A stretch of 54,695 nt of DNA, the filler included, from Circinaria calcarea (lineage: Eukaryota), in the NCBI GenBank assembly GCA_051942165.1. It is 5 parts of 5 records of this genome, joined end to end, with 100 filler letters (N's around TTAATTAATTAA, not from the genome) between each part and the next. Parts side by side here need not be neighbours in the genome. Positions count along the whole stretch, not along the records: positions 10,968 to 21,829 come from JAVECS010000750.1; positions 21,930 to 32,788 come from JAVECS010000751.1; 3 more parts are not named here. The stretch is one strand, 5' to 3'. Positions 10,968 to 22,925 of this stretch are shown in pieces. The position numbers and the translations under genes are program-made. The notes beneath the pieces are model-generated. The model was not told the DNA's origin. It searched no databases and saw only the letters and a program-made list of their open reading frames with translations. The first letter of the stretch is position 1; every line of letters begins with the position of its first letter.

Positions 10968-13900
10968 ACCCCCCTTCTTCCCCCTCAGCACCCCTAGCTC
11001 CAATAACCTTTCCCAAACACCATCCTTCCTCCCCTTCTCCCTCCTTTCCAGCGCCAAACCGTCCATCCGTCCGAGTCTCTTGCATCCCCCGAACACGAGC
11101 ATCTCATACACCCTTCGCCTGAGTGCCGTATCCTCGTCTAATCGGCGTCGATGCTCTTGATCGAGGTCGTGGTGGGCATGGGGAAGGAGGTAGTGGTATG
11201 CAGCGGTGATTTGCCGGGCCTCATCTGGATCACCCTCTTCTTTCTCGTCTTCATCTGCAGGATTACTGGAAACCTTGGTGGAGGTGACGATGAGTCTTCT
11301 TTCGGAGCTCTCGTGGCCGACGGTAGTCTGTGGGTAGAAGCCCACAGTCAGAGGATTACCCCTGATATCTAGTTCTTCGAGCAGATTGCCGAGTTTGGCG
11401 AGGACGCTGGTGGTGCGGCGGAGTCGCGAGATGCGGTTGCCGGCGAGGTGGAGACTGCCGAGTTTGGCGATGCCGAGGAGCGGTCGGATGTCTTTGAGGG
11501 CGTTGTGATTAAGATTCAAGGAGCGGAGGTTTGGCATTTCGAGTCCGAAGTTCGGGGAGAGAGTTTGGACGCCGACGGAAGCGAGTTCGAGGGTTTGGAG
11601 GTTGTGGAAGGTGGCTTGGGGGCTGAACGTCGTGAAGTTATTACCTGAAAAACAGAGAAACTTGACCTCGCAGCAGTCATCGGTCTCAAGCATAAGGTCA
11701 TTCTGAGAAACAGTATGCGTTTGTTTCCGCCACGAAAGGCTTTCCATTCTGCTCAGAGCGTCCAGCCCATTGACCTTGGAGATATGATTGCCGTCAAGAT
11801 TGAGGTTTCGCAGACTTGGTAGATTGGTTATATCAATGCTTGAAAGATTATTACCGGAGACATCAAGGGTGTGGAGTGATGGGATAGCGTGTACTAAAGC
11901 TGGTTCTAAGTCATTGATCCCGTTGTCACCTATACTTGGTTAGATGTGCCGTAGCTCACGTTGTATTAACACTCACTAAGATCGAGAAGACTGAGAACCG
12001 GTAGCTGGTGCAGATGGGAAGCCCGAACAATCTTGTTACCTTGAAGATCGAGCTCTACGAGTCGTTGACTGTCATCACTTAGTAAACATCACGTAATAAG
12101 CAGGACTTAGACTCACAGATTCGCTTTACCAAAGTCAATAGCAATGATTTGATTTCGCCTTAGCCTTAGCTTGATTAGCCCGTTTAGGCTACAAATACCG
12201 TCTAGACTGTCAATCTGGTTGTCATCTGCGCGCAGCTCTCGCAAATGACAAAGCCCTTGAAAGCCCCGGAGGCTTTGAAGTTGGTTTCCAGATACATCAA
12301 GGTACTGCAGGTTCTGAAGATGACTCCATCCTGTCAGGTTTGATAATGCGTTTCTCTGAGCGCCAAGGACGCGGAGGCTCGATGGAGCACCGTCAAGTTG
12401 ATCAAGCTCATTATCCGAGACATTCAATTCCTCAATACGACCACAAAAGTTGTCGAGCTTGTGTAGTGTGTGAATACCCTTTCCCCGCAAGTCGAGTTTT
12501 CGAATGTTTTCCCAGTACGGTTCGTAGGGTTCAACATCAGTGATTTTCTCGACCAACTCTTTTATCGCGAGGGAGAATCTTTCTTCTACTTCCTGGTCGG
12601 ATAGTAGGCCTCTTCGCTTCACCACACGACCAACAGCGTAAATCATTGACTCGTCCTTCTCTTGTAGCGTAAAATCTGGCAGAGGGCTAAGATGAAAGGT
12701 AACATCAGACCTGCCTCCCGCGGATTGAGATGGAATCAACAAGCTGCTAGGTATATCGCGGGTTGTCTGGGGAGTCGTAAGGACTACATCCACGCTCGTT
12801 TCCTTGCCTAGTCGAAGATCGTCATGTAACGAGAACTCCCCATGTTCGTCAATACGAGATACCGGGCGCTTGAGATAGCCGTGTTTACTGACAGACACTC
12901 TACGCACCGAATGCCTAAGGCTCATTACAGATGTGCCCCCTTGAGAGGACTGAGGCAAAGGTCTGCTCTCCCTGTTCGTCTGGGGACGGTCTGGTGAATC
13001 GCTGAGATCTAAATCACTCTCGTCTTCCCAGATGTCGTTTGATTCAGTGGGTTTGTGAAGTTCCTGAAAATGGCTAATCAAAGGCGAAGAGAATGCGACC
13101 GTGACCACTCGGGGTTGGCGGTGCCGAAGCTGCGCATGCAATGGAGGTGTGGTACTGCGGCCTTCGAAGATACTAATCTCGTGTTCCACTTCGTCCTGGT
13201 GCTCATCGTTCTGCGTAGGGCCTGTACTAACAGCACCCTGATTTGCGGCTACAACAGCCTTTGCTACTGGTAACTCGTGGCCGCAAGAAGTGCTTCGACT
13301 CTCAATTTCAGGTTCGCTAAGACCAAGCCTAGAATCTTTTGAACATGCCGAGCGACCAGCATGTTGTTTAATTCTTGTTGTGCTTTTCTCTTGCGCGGGG
13401 ATCGAGACCACCTCCTGCCCAATGACAGATAAAGCTTGCTGAGCTTGACAGGCTATGGTATCACCGCTGGATGGAGGTCGAGATCTCAATGCCGCCGTTC
13501 TAACTCTTTCCAGCTCTTCCTGCTCATCTACGCTCAGGTCAGGAATATCTCCCAAAGGATCTTCTTCTGTGAGATCACTCCCATTCCCGTCAAAGCCATT
13601 GTTGCTTTTCCCATTCGAGGTTTTGCGTCTCACCCACAGTTGCTTGGTACGGTCAAATGTCATGCCTCCAATTTGGTCGGAGATGAGATGAGATATCTTG
13701 TCGGGTCCTATCACAGCTTTGTTGCCAGAACCGGTAGACGATCCGGAAGCGTTTAGACTTGCCGTGGAGGTCTTCGATGACGGATTGGAATGGCGAGACT
13801 GAGCATCACTTTGTGTAGTCGAACAGTGTTCGTCCCTTTCAGTAGACTCTATATAATTCAAGCCTCCTGGGCCCCGGATGCTGCGAATGCGGACATTAGG

Positions 13901-16837
13901 CGGGTCGCTTTCCACCTCGGCTAGTTCTGCTGGTGATTCGTACTCCCCAAGGCGCAGAGAAGTGAGGGATGAAGTAAGGGCGATGCCCAAGTCATCCTTG
14001 TCTTCGAATTTACGGAGGTGGCTAATCACCCGAGGGTCTAGTTGTTTTAGCTCTCTCAATTTGCGATAACTGCCCCCTTCTCGGCTCGGAGGACGAGAGA
14101 ACTCCTCCTGCGTAGACTCCTCATTGTACGACTCTTGGATGTTATCCAGATGCCGCGTATCGGTCACTTTGGAGTTATTATCTTCATGCCGTGGGCGGTC
14201 TTTCGCACGAATTTGTTGCATAACCAGATTAGCTGCGTTGGAAAAGTCAGCCGTTGTCACTGAGACCTTCCGAGTATCTGATGTCAGATCTTTAGCCACA
14301 TCAATAGCGAAGTTAAGTAGCTCGCCAGCAAGTATTTGCGTTGGAGAATCAACTGCTGTATATTGACTGACCACTACCGTAGCGTGCACGTCAGCGGTCT
14401 TGCTGGCTGTTATTGACTGCTTTTTGTCAACAAAAGGCGTCGATTTCGCTGAATGTTGGCCAGCGACTCTGGTCTGACTAGGTGTAGGGGTTCTCGGTCT
14501 CAACATTTGACGTGTAGCAAGAACCCTCGGATGGGCTACTTGATGGACATCGTCATAGCGTGCATCCTTGCGTTTCTTCCCAATAACAGATAGCAATGGA
14601 TGTGTTGGTCCGACATCACCATCAGCGTTCTTTGCAGAACCAGGGTCATGCGTAGATACAGGATCGGCGTTTAAAGTCCGTCGACGTTTAGGCTGTGAAA
14701 CTTTTGTGGGCGAGTTGAGTGACCTCTTTCCTTTCTTCTCACCGGTGGCATCTTCACCCGGGTTTGTCTTGGTTCTTTCAATTAGCGGAGGCCCCGCGTA
14801 TTGAATATTGTTCTCTAGCTGGCCATCGTCCGGGTAGACCAACCCCTCACCTTGCGGCCGTTCTCTCAATCCTTCCATTGGAGTCATTGTCCTCCTCCAT
14901 CGAGATGAAGCAGTGGAAGCAGATGTAGATCGCTTCTTAAAACGCGTTTGACTATTTCGATGAACCTCAGGAAGGGGAGGGTCAGTTTCCAGATCATCAG
15001 AGAGCTCGAGTTTCGGTTGGTAGTATGGACTCCTGTGCATGAAATTACACGTATCAAGATCTCCATCGCCAAAGCTAGTGATCCTAGTGTTATTCCTTGA
15101 TGGTATACTTTTTGACTTTCGAGGTCGGGGTCTCTGTGTATTGCTTGAACAGTTATTCAGGGTCCGCTGGCTCTTCGAGTTTTCTGAGGACGGCTCGCTG
15201 CAACTCTCTTGGAAGCTTTCCTCGAATTGACTCAACCTCCGTACGAGACGATCGTTTGTAAACGTATCATACTTATCGAACAGCTTTAGGGGACTTCCCG
15301 ATGATCGAGGCCGGTCTGGGCTGCTGAAGCCATCTTGCTGAAATTTAGTTGGGGTTTTTGGCCCGATAACTGACCCGGTTGATGACGAGCTACTAAAGCT
15401 AAGTCTCTGTGATACCGGCGGTAAGGCTTGGGAAACCCTTGTCTTGAAGTTTTGAGGAACTACTGGAAAGTCCTCTGCAGATATGTTGGATCGTGAAAAC
15501 GGAGAACTTAGCGGTCGTGCACGGAAAGAGCTCTCAGATGAGTATCCTCCGCGGCGGATATTAACAAAAGCGCTATTGGGGGCAAACTCCGGTGTACCCG
15601 TAGAGAGATCGTTTGGAAGGGAGTGGCTAGTTAAATCAACCGACTGACCTGTTAACGAGTCGACTTCTTTTGGATGTTCATTATCTCGGTAGTCAATCTC
15701 ATCGTCACTTGCGCAGGAGCATCGTTTAGGTTGACTACCTGTAGTCACGTAACCTGAATTTAGAGGACGCTGTTCTTTAGCCATGTCCCCTCCTGGACGC
15801 CTAATAAGAGAATGATTGAGGTCGAATCGGGGCAAGGATACCACGCTTATGTCTTCGTTGCGGAGATCAGAATTTGTACTAGCTATCCTGCTGTGATCTT
15901 TCGACTTGAGAGCTTGTGAAGGTCCGTTTCGACGACAAGTTGAATTTACATCATAGACCGTGGTTGGTAAATGATTATCTGGTTGAGAACTTGATTCTCT
16001 GGTAGCACCGCCTTCCGAAGTATCCAGGTGCTCTTCTGGCATGCCATTTGATACGGTTTTCGAATCCGTAGGAAAATAGGCATTGCTTTGCTGGTTCGTA
16101 AATTTCGTAGATTTCTCTACATCTGGTAGATTATGTTGATTTGCAAGAGAACCTCGATACGGCGATGGTACTTCTGGAGCAGCCGCTGCGCCAGTTTGAG
16201 GCAGTTGGGAGGCATCTTGACCAAGTTGAGGAAATGGTGGCGGGCTTGAAGGGAATTCGTCGGCAGCAAGAGGCTCATACCTCCGCTCTTTACGATGTTG
16301 AGACTTCTTACGCGTCGATGGCGGTCTGAAGACGTGCTCAAGACCCATTGGGCTGAATAGATCACGCTGTTCCCCAGGTTTGCCTAGACCATCTATAACT
16401 CTTCGCTTCCAATTTGGTGTCCCCTTTAGGTTTTCCTTATTGATTGGAGACGTGCGTGGTACCTTGCATTGCACTGTGCCTTGTTGTACCGAAGATGCGG
16501 AATTAGTAGATGTATGGCGTCTAATGCTTTGCGCAGGGGAAGCTCGATTCTCTTGGCCACTGTGCTTGATTGAAGGTTTGGGACTTCGTTTGCTGGACGC
16601 GTTGAGGTCTGATACCTTCTTTTCAATCAACGCTAGGCTACTCTCCCTTTGCGCTATGCTACCGCCCTCCAGTGCGCTGGGGTTCGAGGTCGACCGGGCC
16701 TTGAAGCGGGGTATACGACTTTGAGGGGCGCTGCTCGTGGTGCTTGTCTTAGAAGGACCTTCCCTCATCGACGCCGGAGTTGAAGAGCGAGGCTGGGATA
16801 TCCATTCCTCCGACAATGAGTCCATCCACTGTTCCAT
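10968..16837 (-). CDS. Septation initiation network / spindle-pole-body scaffold, Cdc11/Nud1/SepK-like LRR protein; stop lost at contig end
   Basis: N-terminus WMDSLSEEWISQPRS, then motifs QRDLFSPMGLE, SSGSPLKLF..YDTFTNDRL and GGMTFD, followed by ITDVEPYEPYWE and many leucine-rich repeats. Introns near 12069-12116 and about 11930-11976. Confidence 0.85.
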
Positions 16838-17018
16838 AATTCCCGGCTCTTTTCAAGATTTGTCAACAATTGCGCAATTGTTGTGCTTGGATGACGGCGC
16901 GTCGAAATATGCTGGTAAACATGCCTACTTATCGTTACTAGTAACAATAATCGGATTGACTGTCGGGTGCTACCGCGAGTAAATGTATACTGAATGTAGT
17001 AGCCCTGTTGAGAGATAT

Positions 17019-17024
17019 ACGCGT
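17019..17024. promoter_or_regulatory. MCB-like element ACGCGT in the divergent cdc11/sepK-rho4 promoter
   Basis: Exact palindrome, with further CGCG cores near 16898 and 17034. Function is inferred from the MBF consensus. Confidence 0.4.
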
Positions 17025-17300
17025 TTCCCCAATCGCGCCAGTAGTGACGTTGGATTATGGCGGGGCGGAGCTTTGTCCACAAAAGGTCGACGTTACCCGG
17101 CCAACGGCAAAACATCGAGCCCGATCCTGAAAATGTCCTAAATATTCCCCAGTCCACTTTTAAGGACATCTCCGACAGTAAAGCTATCTGTCAGGTACAT
17201 ATCGTTTCATTCTTGTGCATAGATTGAGCATCTTTCCTCGCTGCACCAGTACAGCTGCAGTGTTCGATGATATCAATTGGACCATAATACCATTGTCAAG

Positions 17301-18238
17301 ATGTCTACCCAAGCATATGATAATAGCTATGACTACCTACGCCGGCGAGGGTCGGTTATGAGTGAGAAAGCAGGCTCAGTATCAGGTTCTGTGTCTCCCC
17401 GCCGCAAGCCCGTTCGCGAGCAGAGTACACGTACAAGCAATGGAACTGTCGGCACAAACGTGACCACCTCGAGTCGCATGTCTGCTTCAACAAATATCAC
17501 AGAGCCGCCAGCCTATTCCAAGAAATTTGTTGTGGTTGGGGACGGAGGGTGCGGAAAGACTTGTCTGCTGATTAGCTACAGTCAAGGCTATTTTCCTGAG
17601 GTAAATAGATTTTCTGAGAATCTTCAACGAGCTAATCTTAATGCTCTATAGAAATACGTACCAACAGTCTTCGAGAACTACATCACCCACACGACGCATG
17701 CTCCAACCGGAAAGACTGTTGAGTTAGCTTTGTGGGACACCGCAGGTCAAGAGGAATATGACCGTCTACGACCTCTATCATACCCTGAAACCGACCTTCT
17801 TTTTGTTTGCTTCGCCATTGATTGCCCCAACTCCCTAGAAAATGTGATGGACAAGGTATTTTAAGGCACATGGATCATGATGACCTTGGAACTGATAGTT
17901 TTCAGTGGTATCCTGAGGTGCTCCACTTCTGCCCAACGACACCAATTATCCTCGTCGGACTCAAATCAGATCTTCGAACGAAGCGAACCTGCATAGACCT
18001 ACTGAAAACACAAGGCCTGACACCTGTTACGCCTGAGCAAGGGGGAAGAGTTGCAGATCGAATGGGCGCGGTCTACGTCGAATGCAGTAGTAAGGAGATG
18101 AAAGGTGTCGACGAGGTGTTTGAGCTGGCAGTGAACACAGCCGTGGGCCAAGAGATGGTTATACGGGAACAAGAAACTTCCCGAAATTCTGGGAAACCAA
18201 GCAAGAAGCTAAAGAAGAGGCCATGCAAAATTCTATAA
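17301..18238 (+). CDS. RHO4: Rho-family small GTPase Rho4; exons 17301-17600, 17652-17855, 17907-18238
   Basis: [59 protein letters not shown] and CAAX box CKIL. The Ser/Thr-rich N-terminal extension is typical of filamentous-fungal Rho4. Confidence 0.9.
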
Positions 18239-18636
18239 GGGGGAAAGCAGAACTCGTGAACGACCCAGCCTCTTCAGTATGTCTATGTTGATAATCATGC
18301 ATTGTATGGAGCAACGATCTGCATGAACGCTTCTGTGTGTCCTATTCCACGTGTTCCCTTTTCTCGAATCTTCTTACGCGCAACATTGATACTCTGGAGT
18401 ATGCAAAGGTGGAGATTCTGGGGAGGAGTCGGATCTGGCGGAGTTGATGGGCATTCGCTCTGTAGGCAGGCAGCCTTAGTTTAGAATCGAATACGATGCA
18501 TATGTCCGACTAGGAGAATCTCGCGACCTCGGTGTCTAGCACCTGAAGGATATTCCTGGCGATTCGCTCTTGCAGGCTCATGTTCCCCTTCTTTTTTCGG
18601 CGGCCATGAAAGGCCGATGTAGGCCTCGTCTGAGAA

Positions 18637-19113
18637 TCACACTCTTCCTCCCTCTAGTTTCCCACCATCCTCTTCCTCCTCTTTCACTTCATCCTCTTCC
18701 CCCTTCTCACCGTCCTTCCCTTCCTCTTCTGCATCCGGCCCTCTCGCCATCACATTTTCAAACTGCGACCATAAAGCCTCCACAGACCCAAACTCATTTC
18801 CCACCTGTTCCGCATCGTTAACCCCGTTGAACCCCCTTTACAGCCCAAGAAAGTACATCAAGGTGGCAGTAGGGAGATACGGACCGCTATCACGCCTTCA
18901 AGAGATCGATTGAGCTTGTTGATGTTCTGGAGGACTTGCTCGAAACTCTGTGTCAGTGGGTAGGTATTAGTTGAATGGGCGGTGGTGTACAAGCGCAGAG
19001 GAGGGCCGCACAATGGCAATCTCCCCCACTAAGGCGTCGCGTTGCTGCTCGAAGTATGATTTCTCGGTAAGGGCGGGGGTGATGCCATTAGTCGGCCGGG
19101 AGGATGGGGCCAT
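18637..19113 (-). CDS. DAD1: DASH/Dam1 kinetochore complex subunit Dad1; exons 19113-19012, 18947-18885, 18804-18637 (not in ORF track)
   Basis: Spliced translation [74 protein letters not shown] plus an acidic tail matches the Dad1 core. Both introns are GT-AG, phase 0. Confidence 0.92.
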
Positions 19114-19989
19114 GACTCCTTTACTCAGTGAAATGTTTTAGGTGCGCTGAACCCATACAGTGCATGCTGTTTCTATGGGTTCATAGGAAAGCTTTGGATC
19201 GCGATGTTGGACATGGGGAATTGAATGGCAATGATACTAGCTTATCTTAGCGCAGCCTTACGCGGATCGCCTTCTGAATAACACGTCTACATAATTCCAG
19301 CATCGATAGAATAACTTGTATAACTTGACTGACGTCTTCGCTCTCTCTCTCTCTTCTCTGCCTGGTCCTTTCGCCTGTACCAATCTTTTCCCTTGTTCTC
19401 ATTTTTTCTCACTGTTCCCGTATCCCCTGTAACGATAGGTTCCAATTTGATGCTAACTTGAAAGCTGTTCTCGTATCGACCCTTGAGTCCGTAGCACATG
19501 GCTGACATGGACTACTTATCCGGTCGTGGGTCCCCAAAGAGCCAACCAGGTCCCACAGATCCTCAACTTTCAGCTACACCACCTGGCAGCATCAGCTAGC
19601 GGAGGCGGGCTTACTCGTGATCCTTTACCAAGTCAGAGTTACAGTACTACCACCGTTGTGACCCTATGTAGAGAGGGACGATACTATGGAGGGTGACTTA
19701 GTTGATTGGTGTGGTGCTAAGTCTAAGAGGAGAGGTGGGAGAAACTAAATACAGGCAGGTGCTGACTAAGCTCCACACCGTTTACCCGTGCCAGCGTGGA
19801 TTTCTCCTTTTGACTGCGAAAGGCGTGTTCGGATGATTTTATTTAGTAGTAAATTACTGGATATGCTTACCATTCAGAGCGCTAGGTAAATATTCACATT
19901 GCGCTAACATCACTCTCTTGCCATTGCCATTGCTGTGTTCTGATTAGATGGTCAGATTCTTTGGGGATTGAATCCTTTCCCTTCACCAG

Positions 19990-21710
19990 CTCTGGCGTCT
20001 TTCCTTACGCCCATTGAATTATTAATTTGATCTGAATTTCGGAGCACTTTTATTTGTTATAGACGCTTCGTCAAAGCCTAACTACCGAAACATGGCAAGC
20101 AAGTACATTTCCCCAGAGGCATGCCCGCTATTCAGCTTCTGGGATATGAATTAGACTGGGCTGCAGGACTGTACCGCAACGCTTTCTTAGTAATCGTGTT
20201 TGTGCGCAAGAGGCAGGAAAGACACTTTGGAGGGGATCAGTCATTAACTCAGGTACTCTGGCCGCCCAAGACGAAAAGCGAAGACAGATATACAACTTGA
20301 AATGTTCATCCGGTCAGTTGGGTGGTTACACGGCGATAGGCACGATTACGATGCTTGCGCAAAGTTAGTCAATAACCCAAGATGGAGCTATGACGGATTC
20401 CCCCTAATTCCGTAAAACCGAGCATCATTATGATACGAAAGTTGACCTCTAGGGACATGGGCTTGAGGAGCCTATCTATGCAGAGCCAGTTTACCATGCC
20501 AGCAGCGAGTATCCACTTCGACTTCGGCTTAGGCCGGCGTACATTAGATCGCAGATGTGAACTCCGGCTCGCCTCAGGATCTAGCAGAGGAAGTAAAGAA
20601 CCGTGGCAAATGAAATGCGCCAGTTGGCTAGTATAGCTATACTTTGGAAGGGGTCCATGTCCTAGCCAATACGCTGGCTAGACCCGTGCTCACCGAGGGT
20701 ACAGGACCAGGGAGCCAAAAGGTAGCTACGGGAGTCGAGGTCGCCGACGGTAGAAAGAATTTTAGCAAGGCGTGAAGTTATCTTGTCAGCCTATTCCTAC
20801 CGTATCCCACAAATTCTGCTGCTACCTGAAGTAGGACCTACGGCAGATCTGGAAAGCCATGGTATCACCCAACCATCAACGCACCTGAAGTAGGCAAGTG
20901 TTCCAACAATCATATACTGGTAAGACAGTGGTGGAAGCTGCGTAATCCCGAGGCTGGTGTATCCTTGGGTCCGCCGCATTTAAAAAACGCCGAGAAGTTC
21001 GCGAAGGGAAATCCGTTGGATTTCGTTTTTACACAGACGGTGCCACTCGAGAGGGTTCTGAAACACGTACTAAGGGCGGATTAAGGTAAGGTGGTGGACA
21101 ATTATTCCCTCCTTTCTCCCTCGTGGTCTTTTACGGAGTCGTTTGTGCTTTTTGCTTGAGATAATCCTGCAGACCCTGCCATCGCCATGGACGAATCTCA
21201 CATTTCCAAGAGTGTGGCTATCATGTTGCCAACTTCCAAAGGGTCTATCACGATAGGCAGCACAGACCCTGCCGCAGCGCCAGTCACTGATCCCAATTAC
21301 TACGCCACCTAGGTAGACCGTTATGCAATGCGTACAGGTTTGCGGCAGTTTGCCCGAGTCTTAGTTGGCACCCCTCTAAGGGCTAAGAAATGGTTGTCGG
21401 AGAAATTATCGCCGCAGGATGTGGAACACTCAGCTAAGAATCTAAAGACGAAGGCCTAGATGCAGTTGGGCGACGTGGTGGCAAGTATGATCCCATTTTT
21501 ACCTACCACAAGTTATGGCTCCAGTTGGTCTCTCCCTGTAGTACTCTATATCGCCCTGGAGGGTCGGCATCAATGAGAGAAGTCGTTGATAGTAGTCTGT
21601 GCGTTACGGCATCAAGCATTTACGTATAGTTGATGCCAGTATTGTCCCCTTACCGCTGGCAACGCATTATCAGGCATGTATTAATGCTCTCGCGGAGCAA
21701 CGTTATCTGT
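19990..21710 (+). pseudogene. Degenerate GMC (glucose-methanol-choline) oxidoreductase, glucose-dehydrogenase-like; 5' boundary approximate
   Basis: Collinear fragments in shifting frames: TVPQRFLSNRVCAQEAGKTL..GSVINS, DYDACAKLVNNPRWSYDG..FRKTEHHYD, ARREVILSAYSYRIPQILLLPEVGP, MLPTSKGSITIGSTDPAAAPVTDPNYYAT*VDR and VVDS..LRIVDASIVPLPLATHYQACINALAEQ. Several frameshifts and stops (e.g. TAG 21310-21312). Confidence 0.88.
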
Positions 21711-21829
21711 CAAACTAAGCTGTAGGCTTCCTTGATCATTATCATATCAGCTCAAGGGGATTGTAATAAGCCCTATCTAGAGGTTGGAGTCTAATTATGG
21801 GAGGTAAGGTGACTTATAAATGGTGCTTA

Positions 21830-21929
21830 NNNNNNNNNNNNNNNNNNNNNNNNNNNNNNNNNNNNNNNNNNNNTTAATTAATTAANNNNNNNNNNNNNNN
21901 NNNNNNNNNNNNNNNNNNNNNNNNNNNNN
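21830..21929. other. Artificial contig linker
   Basis: N44-TTAATTAATTAA-N44. Confidence 0.99.
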
Positions 21930-22925
21930 GCCGAAGTCGAGACCAGCTTTACCGCACCACACCAGCGTATCGACGATTAGCGATTTGCATATCCCGGGCG
22001 AGTATCCGCATCCAAGGTTGACGTCTCAGCGATTGGAATAGCTGGGGAAGGAGGGAGACCACTTGAAAAAATGGGGGGCCGGATGTCTTGTTAAGGGGTA
22101 TTAGCAGTATCAGATCAGACAGGGGTGGACGATGAACGGTGGCGCACATGCACCAACTCGAGGAGAGAGATGAGACTCGACAATGAACATTTTTGCTCGG
22201 CCAGATTTGCGGGCAAGAGTGAAGCCGCCTCGCATTCGCTTTCCGGCGGCCCCCCGTTCTTACTCGAGCCCCTTTTGCTCTTTTTCTACAACAGAATTCT
22301 TTTGGAACCGCGTTTTGCAGTTTTTTGGGTGAATGGATTTTAATGGCGATTACCCCACTTGGTTTCATGGAGATGGAGATGGAGATCGGAGATAGTAGAT
22401 GGTGGTGATGGCATGGCAGTGAAGATTGGGGATTGGGGATGTGGGGATGTAGCAGTTCAAGTAGAATAAGACACATGTTCGGCAGTAAGGATTCAGGATT
22501 TCATCTGCCAGTAGTTCCGTGTGGTAATCTTACCTAGTCTAATATACATACAAAGTGGACCTTTTTCTGTTTGTGAAGCCCCGGGAGGGGGGGAGATAAG
22601 ATAAATGCCAAAGGGGGGGATGGTTCATCTCATCATAGGAGTAGGAGAGGGATTTATTATTTTCGGGAATCGAGATTCAATCTTGGTTTTTTTTCAAGCC
22701 GGGGCGGAAATCGTGTACGGAGAAAAAGGGGGGGTATTATGGGACGGTAAGGTAAGCAACAAACAGGGTTGACTGAAGATCCGAGGGGTTCTTCCTCGTC
22801 CTGGTGGACGGAGATATTTACAAGGTCAATGTACGTCCGTCCGTCTGTCCTCGGAACTGTCCTTCCCTCTCCCCCTTTTCTTCGAAGTAAAAATAACACC
22901 GAAAAAAAAAACAGTAGAACCATGT

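Noticed and set aside
21949..22476. 175-aa minus-strand ORF
   Set aside because: It runs through low-complexity repeats (HHHH, ISISIS) and has no recognisable domain.
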